A DNA stretch of 63,274 nt, filler included, from Reticulomyxa filosa (Eukaryota; Protista; Foraminifera), in the NCBI GenBank assembly GCA_000512085.1. It is 26 parts of 26 records of this genome, joined end to end, with 100 filler letters (N's around TTAATTAATTAA, not from the genome) between each part and the next. Parts side by side here need not be neighbours in the genome. Positions count along the whole stretch, not along the records: positions 11,524 to 13,815 come from ASPP01002133.1; positions 13,916 to 15,161 come from ASPP01047728.1; positions 15,262 to 18,022 come from ASPP01004038.1; positions 18,123 to 20,983 come from ASPP01004921.1; positions 21,084 to 26,859 come from ASPP01026415.1; 21 more parts are not named here. One strand, 5' to 3'. This document shows positions 13,071-24,760 of this stretch, piece by piece. The position numbers and the translations under genes were made by a program. Each line of letters begins with the position of its first letter. Position 1 is the stretch's first letter. Under the pieces are notes generated by a model. That model worked only from the letters and a program-made list of their open reading frames with translations. It made no database searches and was not told the origin of the DNA.

Positions 13071-13815
13071 TCATCTCTTTAATAACATACAATGATTCTT
13101 ATTTGATTGAATATCCAATAAACGAACAATTTTATCAAATGATCCAGATAATATTGTATTAAATAATTCATTTGATCCATATTTTACACTCATCACAATA
13201 CTTGTATGTCCTTTGAATACATTCAGTTGTTTGGTCGTTTCAATATCCCATATTCGAATGGTATTATCCAATGATCCACCAATCACACCGATATTATTCA
13301 TTTTATTATTACTATCATTTTTATTATTGCTTTGTAATGGTGAAATGTCAACACCAAACATAGTCTGTATGTCCATTGAAAACATGTAATGCTTTTGATG
13401 TTTCAACATCCCATAAATGAACTGTATTGTCAGTTGATCCAGAATACAAATATTTACCACCATTAAATGGTGAAAATTCAATTCCATTAATATAATTAGC
13501 ATGTCCATTGAATATTTGTAATTGTTTGTTATGTTTGAAATCACAAAAACGAATGGTTTTATCATATGGTGAAACAAATGACATTTTGACGATGATTATG
13601 ATAATGATATGATGAAAATTTCAATCATCAAATGTTGAGCAATCAATACTATACACCAATTTAGTGTGTCCAGTGAATGTATTGATTAATTTGGATAAAC
13701 GAAATATAAAATAATATATGCCTATGTTAAATACACATTTAAATATTTGATTATTATTTAAAGAAAGAAAAAACAAAAAACTAACATAATTGACAACAAG
13801 TTTGTCAAGACCTTT
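13071..13815 (-). pseudogene. WD40 repeat protein pseudogene (Reticulomyxa-type)
   Basis: FNGHANYINGIEFSPFNGGKYLYSGSTDNTVHLWDVET; DISPLQSNNKNDSNNKMNNIGVIGG; KGHTSIVMSVKYGS. Frameshifts and internal deletions. Confidence 0.85.
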
Positions 13816-14285
13816 NNNNNNNNNNNNNNNNNNNNNNNNNNNNNNNNNNNNNNNNNNNNTTAATTAATTAANNNNNNNNNNNNNNNNNNNNNNNNNNNNN
13901 NNNNNNNNNNNNNNNGGGGTGGTTGCTACCCCACTTTCTTTTTTTCTTTTTTTCATTCAAGTTTATTGTTCTATTAAATATAAACACACAATACACAGTT
14001 ATCATTTGAACATAAAGAAAAAGCAAAAGAATTAACTGTTGCATTGTAATTGCAATGCGCCGCTCGCAATGCAAGCCACAAAGTGGCTATAATATTATCG
14101 TCGTTGGTTTCTCCAGTTCCAACACAAGCTGCTTCCAATCGCATTGCTCCACAATTACTTTCTATAAACAAACAAATGACATCTATTATTCAACAACAAC
14201 AAAGAAAAAAAATAAGAATAACTTGTCAATGTCAATGATATTGTTGATGGCCTCAATTGACAGCAAATGGAATTGATGATTAAAT

Positions 14286-14995
14286 TCATTGTCGCCCGCT
14301 GATAATTTGAGTGGTTGACTGCGAGTGTGTGTGGACAATAGATGGATAAATGCTCAAGATAAAAAAATTTGCAATGCGAGCTCGTCCATTGCGTGCGATA
14401 TCTTGTGTTGAGGCTAAGCGCCTTATGAGAATACGCATTTGTGAATATAGCGCTTGTTTGCTTAAATGAGGATGGGTACCACGACCAACTTGTTCGTCGG
14501 CTGCGTTGTAGCCCATTTTCCACATTTGCGCTAACAGCGCTTCTATTACACAAAAGGCATATCTGCGCCATGGAAAAGAAATGACGAACTTTTTGTCAAA
14601 GTTTGCCCCAGCAATTGCAGCTGGTTGGATAATCATTACAAGTATGCGTTGTCCTTCTTTTTTTCCATTTAGTGACGGCACATCGTATTCGCACAATCTA
14701 ATTTTTTTTATTTGTTTGCTTGCTTGTTTTTTAAACAAAAAAAAGGAAGTAAAAGGACTTAACATTACAGCATTGGACAAAATAGTTGGTGAAGTTGCAC
14801 AATACGATTTGGACGTGAAATTGTGCTTTGAGTAAGTTTTGGACAGCTGGACATTGAAGATAAATCTGTCGTGGCTGCAGATAGTGTTGGTGGTTTGCCT
14901 CTCGTTTGTTGCCATGTTGTGACCAGAATTGTTGATAACAGACATAGTCTCCAATACATACTCGATACTCGCTGTTGCACGATCTATTGGACGAT
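14286..14995 (-). CDS. Unidentified protein-coding fragment (possibly degenerate)
   Basis: 222-aa ORF of higher GC with an AT-rich intron-like segment at about 14700-14760; no recognisable motif. Confidence 0.3.
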
Positions 14996-15368
14996 GGCGT
15001 GCTTATCATTAACTCCACTTTGCAAATTTTCAACAACCTGTTATTTTTGTTTTTTTAAAAAAATTATTTTTAAATAAAATTCATACACAATACACACAAT
15101 CAATACTATCCACTTCATATCTCTTGATATACGTAATACTCCCTTTTTTTTTCATGATCATNNNNNNNNNNNNNNNNNNNNNNNNNNNNNNNNNNNNNNN
15201 NNNNNTTAATTAATTAANNNNNNNNNNNNNNNNNNNNNNNNNNNNNNNNNNNNNNNNNNNNTACATGTGTGTATTATATACTACGTTTTTTTTTTTTTTT
15301 TTAATATACAATATATTCATTTATGTATATATTGTATATTTTAAATAAAAACTTTTAAAAAAAAAAAA

Positions 15369-16155
15369 TTACAGTTTTTTAAACTGTGAAGAACAAATTG
15401 CTGGATGATATCGTATTACTGCTTCCTTGATATCTGCTCCTCCTGCTTCACTAATGATACACAGAATCAAATCCTCCAAATGTGCACCACCAGTTTTGCT
15501 AACCGTATCTGTGCTCGATATTGTACGTAATGGCGGAGGCGTTATCTTTGGAATCTCAAACTTTGCTGGAATATGCAACTCATCCGTCACATCTGTAGTT
15601 ACCTTTGTTATCACTATCGCTGGCATCTCGTGTTCCACTTTTTCCTCTTTTTTTCTACTTGCTCTACGTTTTCCACTTTTTCTTCTATTTCCAATTGTCC
15701 TAATTTTGCTAATTGTTTCTTTTTTCTATTTTTTCTGTTTTGTCTACTTTTTCTACTTTTTCTGTTTTTTCTACTTTTTCTACTTTTTCTGTTTTGTCTG
15801 CTTTTTCCACTTTGTTTGCTTTTTCCACTTTGTTTGCTTTTTCTATTTTTTCTACTTTTCCTGTTTTTTCTGCTTTTTCCACTTTTTCTTCTTTGTTCTC
15901 TACTTTTTCTGCTTTTGCTGGTTTTTCTACCTTTTCTCCTTTTTCTGTTTTTGCTGCTTTTGTTCCCTTTTCTACTTTGTCTGCTTTTTCTACTTTTGCC
16001 ACTTTTGCAACTTTTTCTACTTTTCCAGTCTTTTCTACTTTGTCAATCTTTTCCGCTTTGTCAGTCCTTTCTACTTTTTTCACCGGTTTCTTCTTTGGAC
16101 CTGCGCCTTGTCCAGACAACGCAGATTTATTATTTTTTTGGCCTGCATTGTGCAT
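15369..16155 (-). CDS. Protein with a long (x-E/D-K) tripeptide repeat region followed by a globular segment
   Basis: ORF 15709-16155 (KVEKAEKTEK...) joins ORF 15369-15638 if two A-run indels are corrected (..IEKKKQLAKLGQLEIEEKVENVEQVEK/EEKVEHEMPAIV..). Confidence 0.6.
15720..16080. repeat. Degenerate 9-bp coding tandem repeat (about 40 units, TTTTTCTAC-like)
   Basis: Visible periodicity that produces open frames on both strands. Confidence 0.85.
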
Positions 16156-17230
16156 GTTTTATTGGAATGAGCAGTGCTCACGATATCGATAGAAGGTTTC
16201 AGAATTTCAATAAGGTCCTTCGAGAAATTCTTCACGTTCAAAGAGTTTTCAACAAATCAATTGTTAATGCAATAAACAAAATATCTCGTTTTTGTTCAAT
16301 TTTTTCGTACGAAAAAATCAATCATCAATCTTTTCTTCTTTTTGAAAAACCAAAACAAAGTACTTTTCTTTATATTCAAAAAAGGATTGATAATACAAAA
16401 AACCGTTGACATGTTTTTGCAAAGATAGTTTTGCACGTTATCTAAGATGTCAGGATACACTGTTCTCAGAAACTTGTCGTTGCCCATCCAATTGTTACAT
16501 TATTTCAATATCAGTGTCAATATTTACATGTCAGAAAAACAATGTGTATTTCGTATTCATGCAAATTTTCTTTTGGAAAAAAGTTTTTCTTTTTGCAAGA
16601 AGAAGCTGGAGCAATCAAAAATTGTATCACTAGGGAAAAAATTGGATTGGTGGTGTTGAAAACACCTGGGTTTTTTTTTCCCATTTAAATTTATTCGTTG
16701 AGTGCTGCCCCATAGCACAACAAACCCCAAATTTCATTTATTTTCAACTTTCAATTTACGCGGGATCTTTGGAAGGGCAGCATCTCGAACGAAAATAAGG
16801 AGAGGAGCCATATTATCCACTGCTTGCGTCTCCTCCCCTGAAAAGCAAAGTTTGATTTTTCTTTGTTTTCCTTTTATAACAACTTTTTTTTTTTCTGCAC
16901 TTTTTTTTTTTGGAACGATGTTTTTATTGGTCGGTCTAAAAAAGTTTTAAAAAATCTTTCAACATTTCTGACTTTTTGCAATCATGACTTGTTTGATGAA
17001 GAGTTTTTAAGATTTTATCTGCTTGATTAATTTCTATCAAATTTTTAAGGAATTGTTTCGCAGATCATTTGTCAATTTGTTTTTTTTTTCAATACAATTT
17101 TAGTGAAAAGATGTCCGACACTGACAGGCTCCAAAAAGTATCGGCGTTTTAGAGTAAGTCCGGCTTAAAGAGAAACTTTTTTACAAAAAAAAATTGGGGT
17201 TAAAAAAAATATCACACCAAGACAATAAAT

Positions 17231-17973
17231 ATGACATTTCATCGACCAAATCTAGGGTCACAAGATAGCAATAATGTTCAATCTTCGACAACTGGGCTGG
17301 ATCGGCCACTTAATTTGGACTCGATAAATTCGTGGGACAAGCCGTGGGACTTGGGCGGATGGCAATATCACTCGCCGCACAAAAGTGATTTGAGTGCGAG
17401 TACGGACAGTCTGTTGAACAGTACAACGTACTATTACTCAGTGCCGGGGAGACAAAACACATTGTTGGCAAACAGCAGCAGCCAGAGGCCAAGCCCACTG
17501 GACCGAGGTCACGTGGACGTGCATAATTGCACAGTGTATTACCACAGCGAAGAGGATATATTTCAAAAGTACCAATCTTTTCGCAACAAACTGCTCCAAC
17601 CAAAAGAAGAAGAAGAAGAAGAAGAAGAACATAATAATAAAGATGATGGTGGTAATGACAAAAAAGAACAAGAACAACAACAGCAACAACGACAACAAAA
17701 CGACAACGACAAGACAAGAGCGACAGTGACTATAGCCAAGCCTACGTGCTATCACCAATTCCCAATGTTTGCATTCGCATGTGCGCCAAGTCGGAGCGCG
17801 TGACGAATCTTGAAAGCGTAGATCGCAGCGAGTTTACTCCAGAAGGTATCAATACCTTGATCGACATGCTGCGTCTGTTGTCCACGAAGATTGTGCGTTT
17901 CCAATGGGAAGACTATATCCCCCCTTCCAACCCCCTCTTCGAGTTCCGGGTCCAACAACTCACGAGAGTTTAA
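17231..17973 (+). CDS. Hypothetical protein fragment with E/Q/N/D-rich low-complexity region
   Basis: GC-richer coding-like sequence; overlapping ORFs 17231-17803 and 17746-17973; possible upstream exon at about 17112-17153 ending in GTAAGT. Confidence 0.5.
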
Positions 17974-19819
17974 GTTGTTTTGAGTTTCGATATTGCGTGA
18001 AAAAAAAAAAAAAAAAAAAAAANNNNNNNNNNNNNNNNNNNNNNNNNNNNNNNNNNNNNNNNNNNNTTAATTAATTAANNNNNNNNNNNNNNNNNNNNNN
18101 NNNNNNNNNNNNNNNNNNNNNNAAAAAAAAAAGGTGCTATCATCATGACTTAAACAAATATATTTGTCTATTGTGGCTTTCTCCTGACATTGGCAACATT
18201 CAGGTTGACGTTATGTATCTATCTTCACAGTCAAGCAAGGATACTTTTTTTGTTGTTGTTTATTTTGAAAGTGCATAATACATGAAATTGTTAATAGCTA
18301 AATAAAAAAACCCAGACATTTGATCGTATACCATTTTCGAAATCAAAAATAAATTTGGCAATACGATCTTTTCTTCATCGATTGAAATTGATGATATATA
18401 TAATAATCAGTTTGTAGAATTACAAAAAATGACCACAAAAATGGAAGCTTCTCAATATTACTGTACACTTTATTTTATTTTTTGTTTTTGTGGGACTTTT
18501 TTTATTATTACATTCAATCTGTTTAACAGGATCATATTTTTATCAGTTTATAGTAACTAAACAAGCTAAAAACTTACTTCAAAACATTTCAAATCAAATA
18601 TTTTACTTGCTATCTTATAAAATAGGATTATGAAAAACAAAGCATAACAAAGTTAGACATGGTTCAGTTTGGGGTGAAGTTAAAAAGTTTTTCTTTTTTC
18701 GAAATTATCATCAGTGGAAAAAATGTCTGGTATCAAAAACGAGAAAACAGAGGAAAAACCACAGGTAGGTGTATACACAATCAACATAATAATACATTAT
18801 CAAGACATGTAAATTTTCACCTAAAAAAAAAAAGTAACTTGCTACCATTGCAACAAAAATATTAAAATCATAATTTCTGAACATTGCGAGAGAGGGGTGG
18901 GGATCAGATTAGCAAATATAATTTATTTATTTATTAAAGCTGTGGACTCTTTTATCGAAAAGATATAATTAAAAAAAAAAAGGACTTTCTTAAGAATCCT
19001 CAATAATGGAGATAAGTCAATTTGAAATCAAGATCCTCCAAAGTAGATTTGATGAAAAAAGGGATCCTCGAAAAGAAAAAGATGACACCACAATTGCGAT
19101 CAGTGATAGATACGCTACAGCGACGGCTGGATGTGTGCATCAAGACCGCAGAGTACTTCAAGCGAGAGATATCTTGAAATTAACAATGATAACAAATTTT
19201 AAAAATTTTGCGCAGCTGGACGAACAGAATGAAGATAACATTGCAACAAAGAGACACTACGAACCAGTCCCTTAATATATATCTTTTCAAATAAATTTGT
19301 AAACAAAGTCATATTGGATCAAATAACAAAAGAATATTCCACCGTTCACAATCGTCTATTCATCAACTTTGACAACGATAGCACACCTGTAGACAACAAT
19401 GATGTGAACCAGCAATCGATGATTTTGCAAGTGCTAATAGCATTATTCGTGACTATATCGTTAATAATAGAAAAGGTAATACGTACATATTATGTACACA
19501 TACACGTATCTATGTTATATTGTAAACTCTTTTTAATTTGTTGACTTATATGTCGATTTTTGACATTTTTTTTTTTAAAAAAAAACAATCTGTTGAATTT
19601 TTGCAGATGTGATCAAATAAATTGAGAAAGACGATTGGACGAATTCAATATGAAAAATTACAATGGTAACAACTATTTTATCATCAAAGAGGATCATGAC
19701 TTGTTTGCTTAAAGACAAGATCATTGGTCAGTCTCAATTTTTTTTTTTCTAAACATTTTATTAGCTTTAAGCGTTTCAAATTTGAGCATATCCAAAATAT
19801 ACACATATATGTATATCCA

Positions 19820-20983
19820 CATTGAACAAATCAACATGTTAGATATGCCAATTGTAGGATTGAAGCTACTTGAGCCTATTGCAAATGGTTTGGATGAAAA
19901 GTCTTTGTTTTATTTTGAAAGGAAGAAAAGAAAGAAATATGAATGTAAAATGTATTGATAAAATAATCTTATTTGATGAGTGAATGAAAAAAAAAAAATA
20001 CTTTACATGTATCGGCAATGTGGACTCAATAGTGAAAAATGTGTGCCGAAGTGAGAAACAATCAGAGACAGTCCCTGAAGAACTGGAAATGGAATCTCCT
20101 TCGAATTATCAGTCGATTGATAGATCAATCGTGGTGATTACGGAAGTCAAGTTGAATCAGAACTAGTTATTGATTTGAACAATGTTATCATGTTGAAGAA
20201 TGAATTTGAAGAAGTAGTTGAGATATTATTATTATTTTTTTTTTTGGAGGGGGAGACACATTATTTTATAAGAACATTTTGGATTGAACTGCTTTTGGAT
20301 TTTTGGATTGTCAGACACTCTAGCACTTCTGACTTTGGCAAAGATGGAGTTGTAAAAGGAGAAATTAAGAAAAATGATTGAAAAATTGCAAGTGAATGAT
20401 CGAACAGGTTTTTTTTAATAATCATTTATCACTTATCATTTTGTTTTGTTTATTCAAATGAACAAATGACATAATAATAATAAAAATATATATATATGTA
20501 TATGTATATGAAAGGAATCAATAGAAATGAAAGTATTGGATAAATCACTCGCTCAAGACCATGATGGCAAAGACAAGTTTTCAACGAGACGTGGCTACGG
20601 ACTATTTGTGACGGCGAAAGACATTGACAAAGTGTTATTACATTTATCCAAACTAGGCTTGTATGCAGCGATGCAGTCGAATCGCTCTTCATTAGAGTGG
20701 AGTTGGACACGTGTGACTTCAATGTCAATGACGGAACATTTCATGGACAGGCCCTATTTCAAGCCAATGATGGGAAGAGGCTTGTTCACTTGACGACAGT
20801 CAATGTTGCAAGGTTGTCATTCAAGTCCGAGACAGAGTCATTGTTCAAAGAAGGAGATCACATTTTGTTACATTTGAATAAAAAAAAGAGTTGTCACATT
20901 GATCGGAAGCAGAACAAGAATTACTGAAACATCTAAAGATCGACGATCATGTACTGTTGATACGAGAGGACGAATTGGCATCT
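19820..20983 (+). pseudogene. Degenerate CAP-Gly repeat gene copy
   Basis: LDKSLAQDHDGKDKFSTRRGYGLFV and ELDTCDFNVNDGTFHGQALFQANDGK (CAP-Gly-like), in broken frames. Confidence 0.65.
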
Positions 20984-22063
20984 NNNNNNNNNNNNNNNNN
21001 NNNNNNNNNNNNNNNNNNNNNNNNNNNTTAATTAATTAANNNNNNNNNNNNNNNNNNNNNNNNNNNNNNNNNNNNNNNNNNNNACATACACATAATACAT
21101 ATATGTATGTACATATATAACTCTGAACTTTAAAAAAAAAATAGAAATATTGTCCGAATATGAATACTCTCGTGTCCAAAGAACTTGATCGAAATGGAAC
21201 AAACAAGTGGACAAATTCATGTTTGAGTTTGATTGGCTGACGATGCTGCGATACAAACAATATAAAGGAAAACACACCGAATTGCATGCGTGACTGGATT
21301 CAAACGAAAGAGGAAGACAAGTTCAAAACGATTCATTACCCATCCAAATTTTTGTGGAAGAAGTATCGCAGTATCGACTTGCTTAACAGCAAAGAGCCGG
21401 CCGATGTATATATAATGATCAACATGTTCCCAATACTTATAACAAAGAGAAACATAAGGACCACTATCAATTGAATAATATTAAAAAATTCGTGTGATGT
21501 GGCAGAAAAATAAGTTGAAAAGTACTGGAGATAGCCAAATTTGGCCAATGCAAGTGGACAAAGGCCACGGGCGAAAATGTAGGACATCATAGTCCAGATC
21601 AATTCCGGCCCAAAAAAACCTTGGTCACGATCTTTTCATCCTTCGCGCTCGGCCGCTTCAATAGGTTACATCAAAAAATTAAACATTCAATCCAAAAACT
21701 ACTTTGCTTCGAAAAAAGAGAAATTTCAAACTTACTTAAGCCATTCCGCTTTTATGTTGATTTTTTGTTTGCTTGTTTGTTATTTTGGAATTGATTGCAT
21801 ATTATCCATGTGTGATTGCAATCTTTCGTAATACAAACAAACAAAAATGTGACACAAACAATAATTTTACTGTTTATTCGTAAATGATAATCTTCGAATA
21901 CAGTTTTTATCATCTTTCATTACAAATTCTTAAAAAGCATCTTCAAATGATAATTGCAATTACTATTTAGGACAAAATAAAATGAACAAATGAAAATATG
22001 ATTAACGCAATGTAAAACATGCAGATAATAGATAAATTATAAATATAAAATTAAATATTAACA

Positions 22064-23935
22064 ATGTTTCGACAACAGTCAGTGTTGCAAATGCTGTCAT
22101 CCAACTCTGAACAGAGTCATTGTTCAAAGAAGAAGAAAAAGCAGGAAGAGAAGCGGAAGGAAGTGAAGAAATACATCAAGAAGGATATTCTTATTGTTAC
22201 ATTGATCGAAGAGAAAAAACCCAAACTAATTAAACTGGCCGATGGAAGCAAAACTTGGGCAAACATCTAAAGGTCGACAATCATGTGAGATTGATGCAAG
22301 GGCGTATGGGCAAGATAAAGTATATTGGCGCTGTGAGCAACGAATCCTGAAATTATTGGTATCGAAATGACTCATGGAATCTCAATGGCTTTTTACCGCC
22401 ACTAACGATCGCGGGTATTTTGCAAAGCTTTCCAAAATTGTCGAATCATTAAGCACACCGCCGGTTTAGAGCAATCACAAATCCAACTACAGTGACATGA
22501 GTAAATCCTCAGTCTGCGACAATTACATAATTCAAATGTTGATAACAAAAAATATCATTAACCGACAAATCAGTCAATGTAATATTATCAAAATCAAAAA
22601 ATCGTGGTGAAATAATTTTTGCCATTTATATTTCCATCACCTTCATTGACCCGCCAAAGTTTCCACTTCAATCCGATAATTTCGCCGTCGCTGAGTACAA
22701 GGTCAGTTTGGACAACTATGGGAACACTTTGTGAATATCTTTCGTGGTTACAAACAGTCCATAGCAATGTCTGATCGAAAACTTGTATTTGCCATCATGG
22801 CCTTGAGCGAGTGATTTTATCCAACTCGATTTCAATACTTTCATTCCTATTGACTCCATTTTGTGAAATATATAGAACCGATCCTTTCATATATGTGTAC
22901 ATGTATTATATGTGTACATATTTTTGTATGTCATCTACGTAAAAAAAAAATTTTTGTCAATCCGATTCCCACCCTTGGAATGTTTAGAAATTAGAATTTT
23001 GTTGAAATGTCTTTGTTGCAATGGTAACAATTAACTTTTTTTTTAGGTGCTGGCAGAAGATGTACATGCCAAATATCATTGGGTTGATAGTATGTACTTT
23101 TTACCTGTGGTTTTTCCTCATTTTCTCGTATTCGGTACCAGACCTTTTTCCCATCAATAATAATTCCAAAAAAGAGGGGCTTTTAAACTTCATCTCAAAT
23201 GAATCATTGCTACCTTTGCTATACCTTGTTTTTCAGAATCCTTTTAATAAGATAGTGAGCATTCTGGATAGTCAATGTATTAAAATATTAGATTTCAAAT
23301 GTTTTGAAAGGAGATTGGCTACAACAGTATGATAATAAAATACATAAAAATGTGACCTGCTAAAAAGATTGAATGAAACAAAAAAATTAATATCCTCTCT
23401 TGACGGTGATGATAGATTTACAACGTCAATCTGAATGTTGCCAATGTCAGAAGAGGTCAGAATAGACAAGCGTGTTTGTTTGCACCGTGATGATAGCACC
23501 TTTTTTTGAATAGTGTTATTTTTGGTGTATTGGGTTTACACAAATTGTTCTCTTTCTTTTTCGGCAGCTGTTGTACTTTACAGAGGAGAGCATTGGTGAA
23601 GGAACTCTTAAGAGCGAATTCCATGTTGTTGCTTTGTTAGGTTGTTTGAAGAGCCAAAACCGCATTGTAATGTTCAAGAGAGTTTTTTCTAAAAAGGGAA
23701 AAATTTTTCTCTTCAATTGAAAGATCATTACTCAAGGAAAAATAACAAATGATTCCAAAAAAACATTTTAATTTTTAATTATTTATAATTAATTCATTTT
23801 TTTTGAATTACAATTGTAGAAATACAATACAAAAATTTTAACAATTATTTTTTAAAGTTTTTTTGTCAAAATATTCAAAAAAATTACAAATTTATATCTT
23901 TTTTGTTAATATTTATGAATTGTGCATTATGTCTT
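22064..23935. pseudogene. Rearranged, degenerate CAP-Gly family copy with pieces on both strands
   Basis: 22075-22450 (+) reads LKVDNHVRLMQGRMGKIKYIGAV..EIIGIE and matches 20795-20983. 22700-22890 (-) matches 20505-20660. 23560-23935 (-) matches 9355-9770. Confidence 0.65.
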
Positions 23936-24680
23936 AATTAAGAAAAAAAGGTCTTTTTTTTTTGTTGTTGTCGTGTCTCTCTGTCGTACCAACTCGTAAT
24001 TAGGGTGATTACACCCTCTTTCACTTGTATGTCTTTTTTGTTTTGTTTTTTTAAATAATTTCAAGTTAAAAAAGAAAAGTGGTTTGTTGTTTAACAGTCT
24101 TCCACTTTTTTTAAAAATGTCTTTCTTATTCGGGTGCTGTGCATCCTTTAACAAAAGAAAAAAGAAAATGGGCAAGGCCCCCCGTCTCCGCAAGGATAAA
24201 TCATGGTTTGTTAAATCTATTTTTTTTTTTTTTGCATAATGACATTGTGTGTTTTTTCAATTACAGCTGCAGCCCTATTCAAAAAAACAAAAAAATTTAT
24301 ACGTCCCCTACATCCAAAGAAAACTTTAGGGTGAAGCCGCTCCTGTGTTCCAAAAAAAAACGAAAAGGTTTAATTTTTTTTTTTTTTTAATTTTTTTTTT
24401 TTTAATAAAATTTATGTATGCGTTTGAATAGGCATGCCCCATCAAAAAAAAAAGTGTTTGTCCTCCTCCCTCATCGGTGCGAAGAAAAAATATATATGAT
24501 ATTGGAATTCGAGCTTGTAGCTCGAAGGCAAAAGTATTTTTTTGTTCTTTTAAATGAAAAAATCTGGTTTGTGAATGTACAAACATGAGTCGATAGCAAT
24601 CAAGATTGGAAATTTTTTGTTTTTATTGTTTATTTTATTTTTCTATTGGGATAATGTTGAAAAAAGGGGTTGCAAAGTGA

Positions 24681-24760
24681 TGGGAAAAGATTGGGAAATT
24701 GTTGGGAAAAGATTGGGAAATTGTTGGGAAAAAATTGGGGAAAAAATTGGGGAAAAAATC
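24681..24760 (+). repeat. G-tract tandem repeat (TGGGAAAAGATTGGGAAATTGT x2, then TTGGGGAAAAAA units), followed by an A-rich low-complexity tract to about 25030
   Basis: Seen directly in the sequence. Confidence 0.8.

Noticed and set aside
14286-14954. ATNE..DRFIF resembling a MoxR/RavA AAA motif
   Set aside because: No Walker A/B motifs are seen and the similarity is too weak
15427-16409. Three long plus-strand ORFs rich in F/L/S/C
   Set aside because: They are antisense shadows of the 9-bp xEK repeat, which lacks stops on that strand
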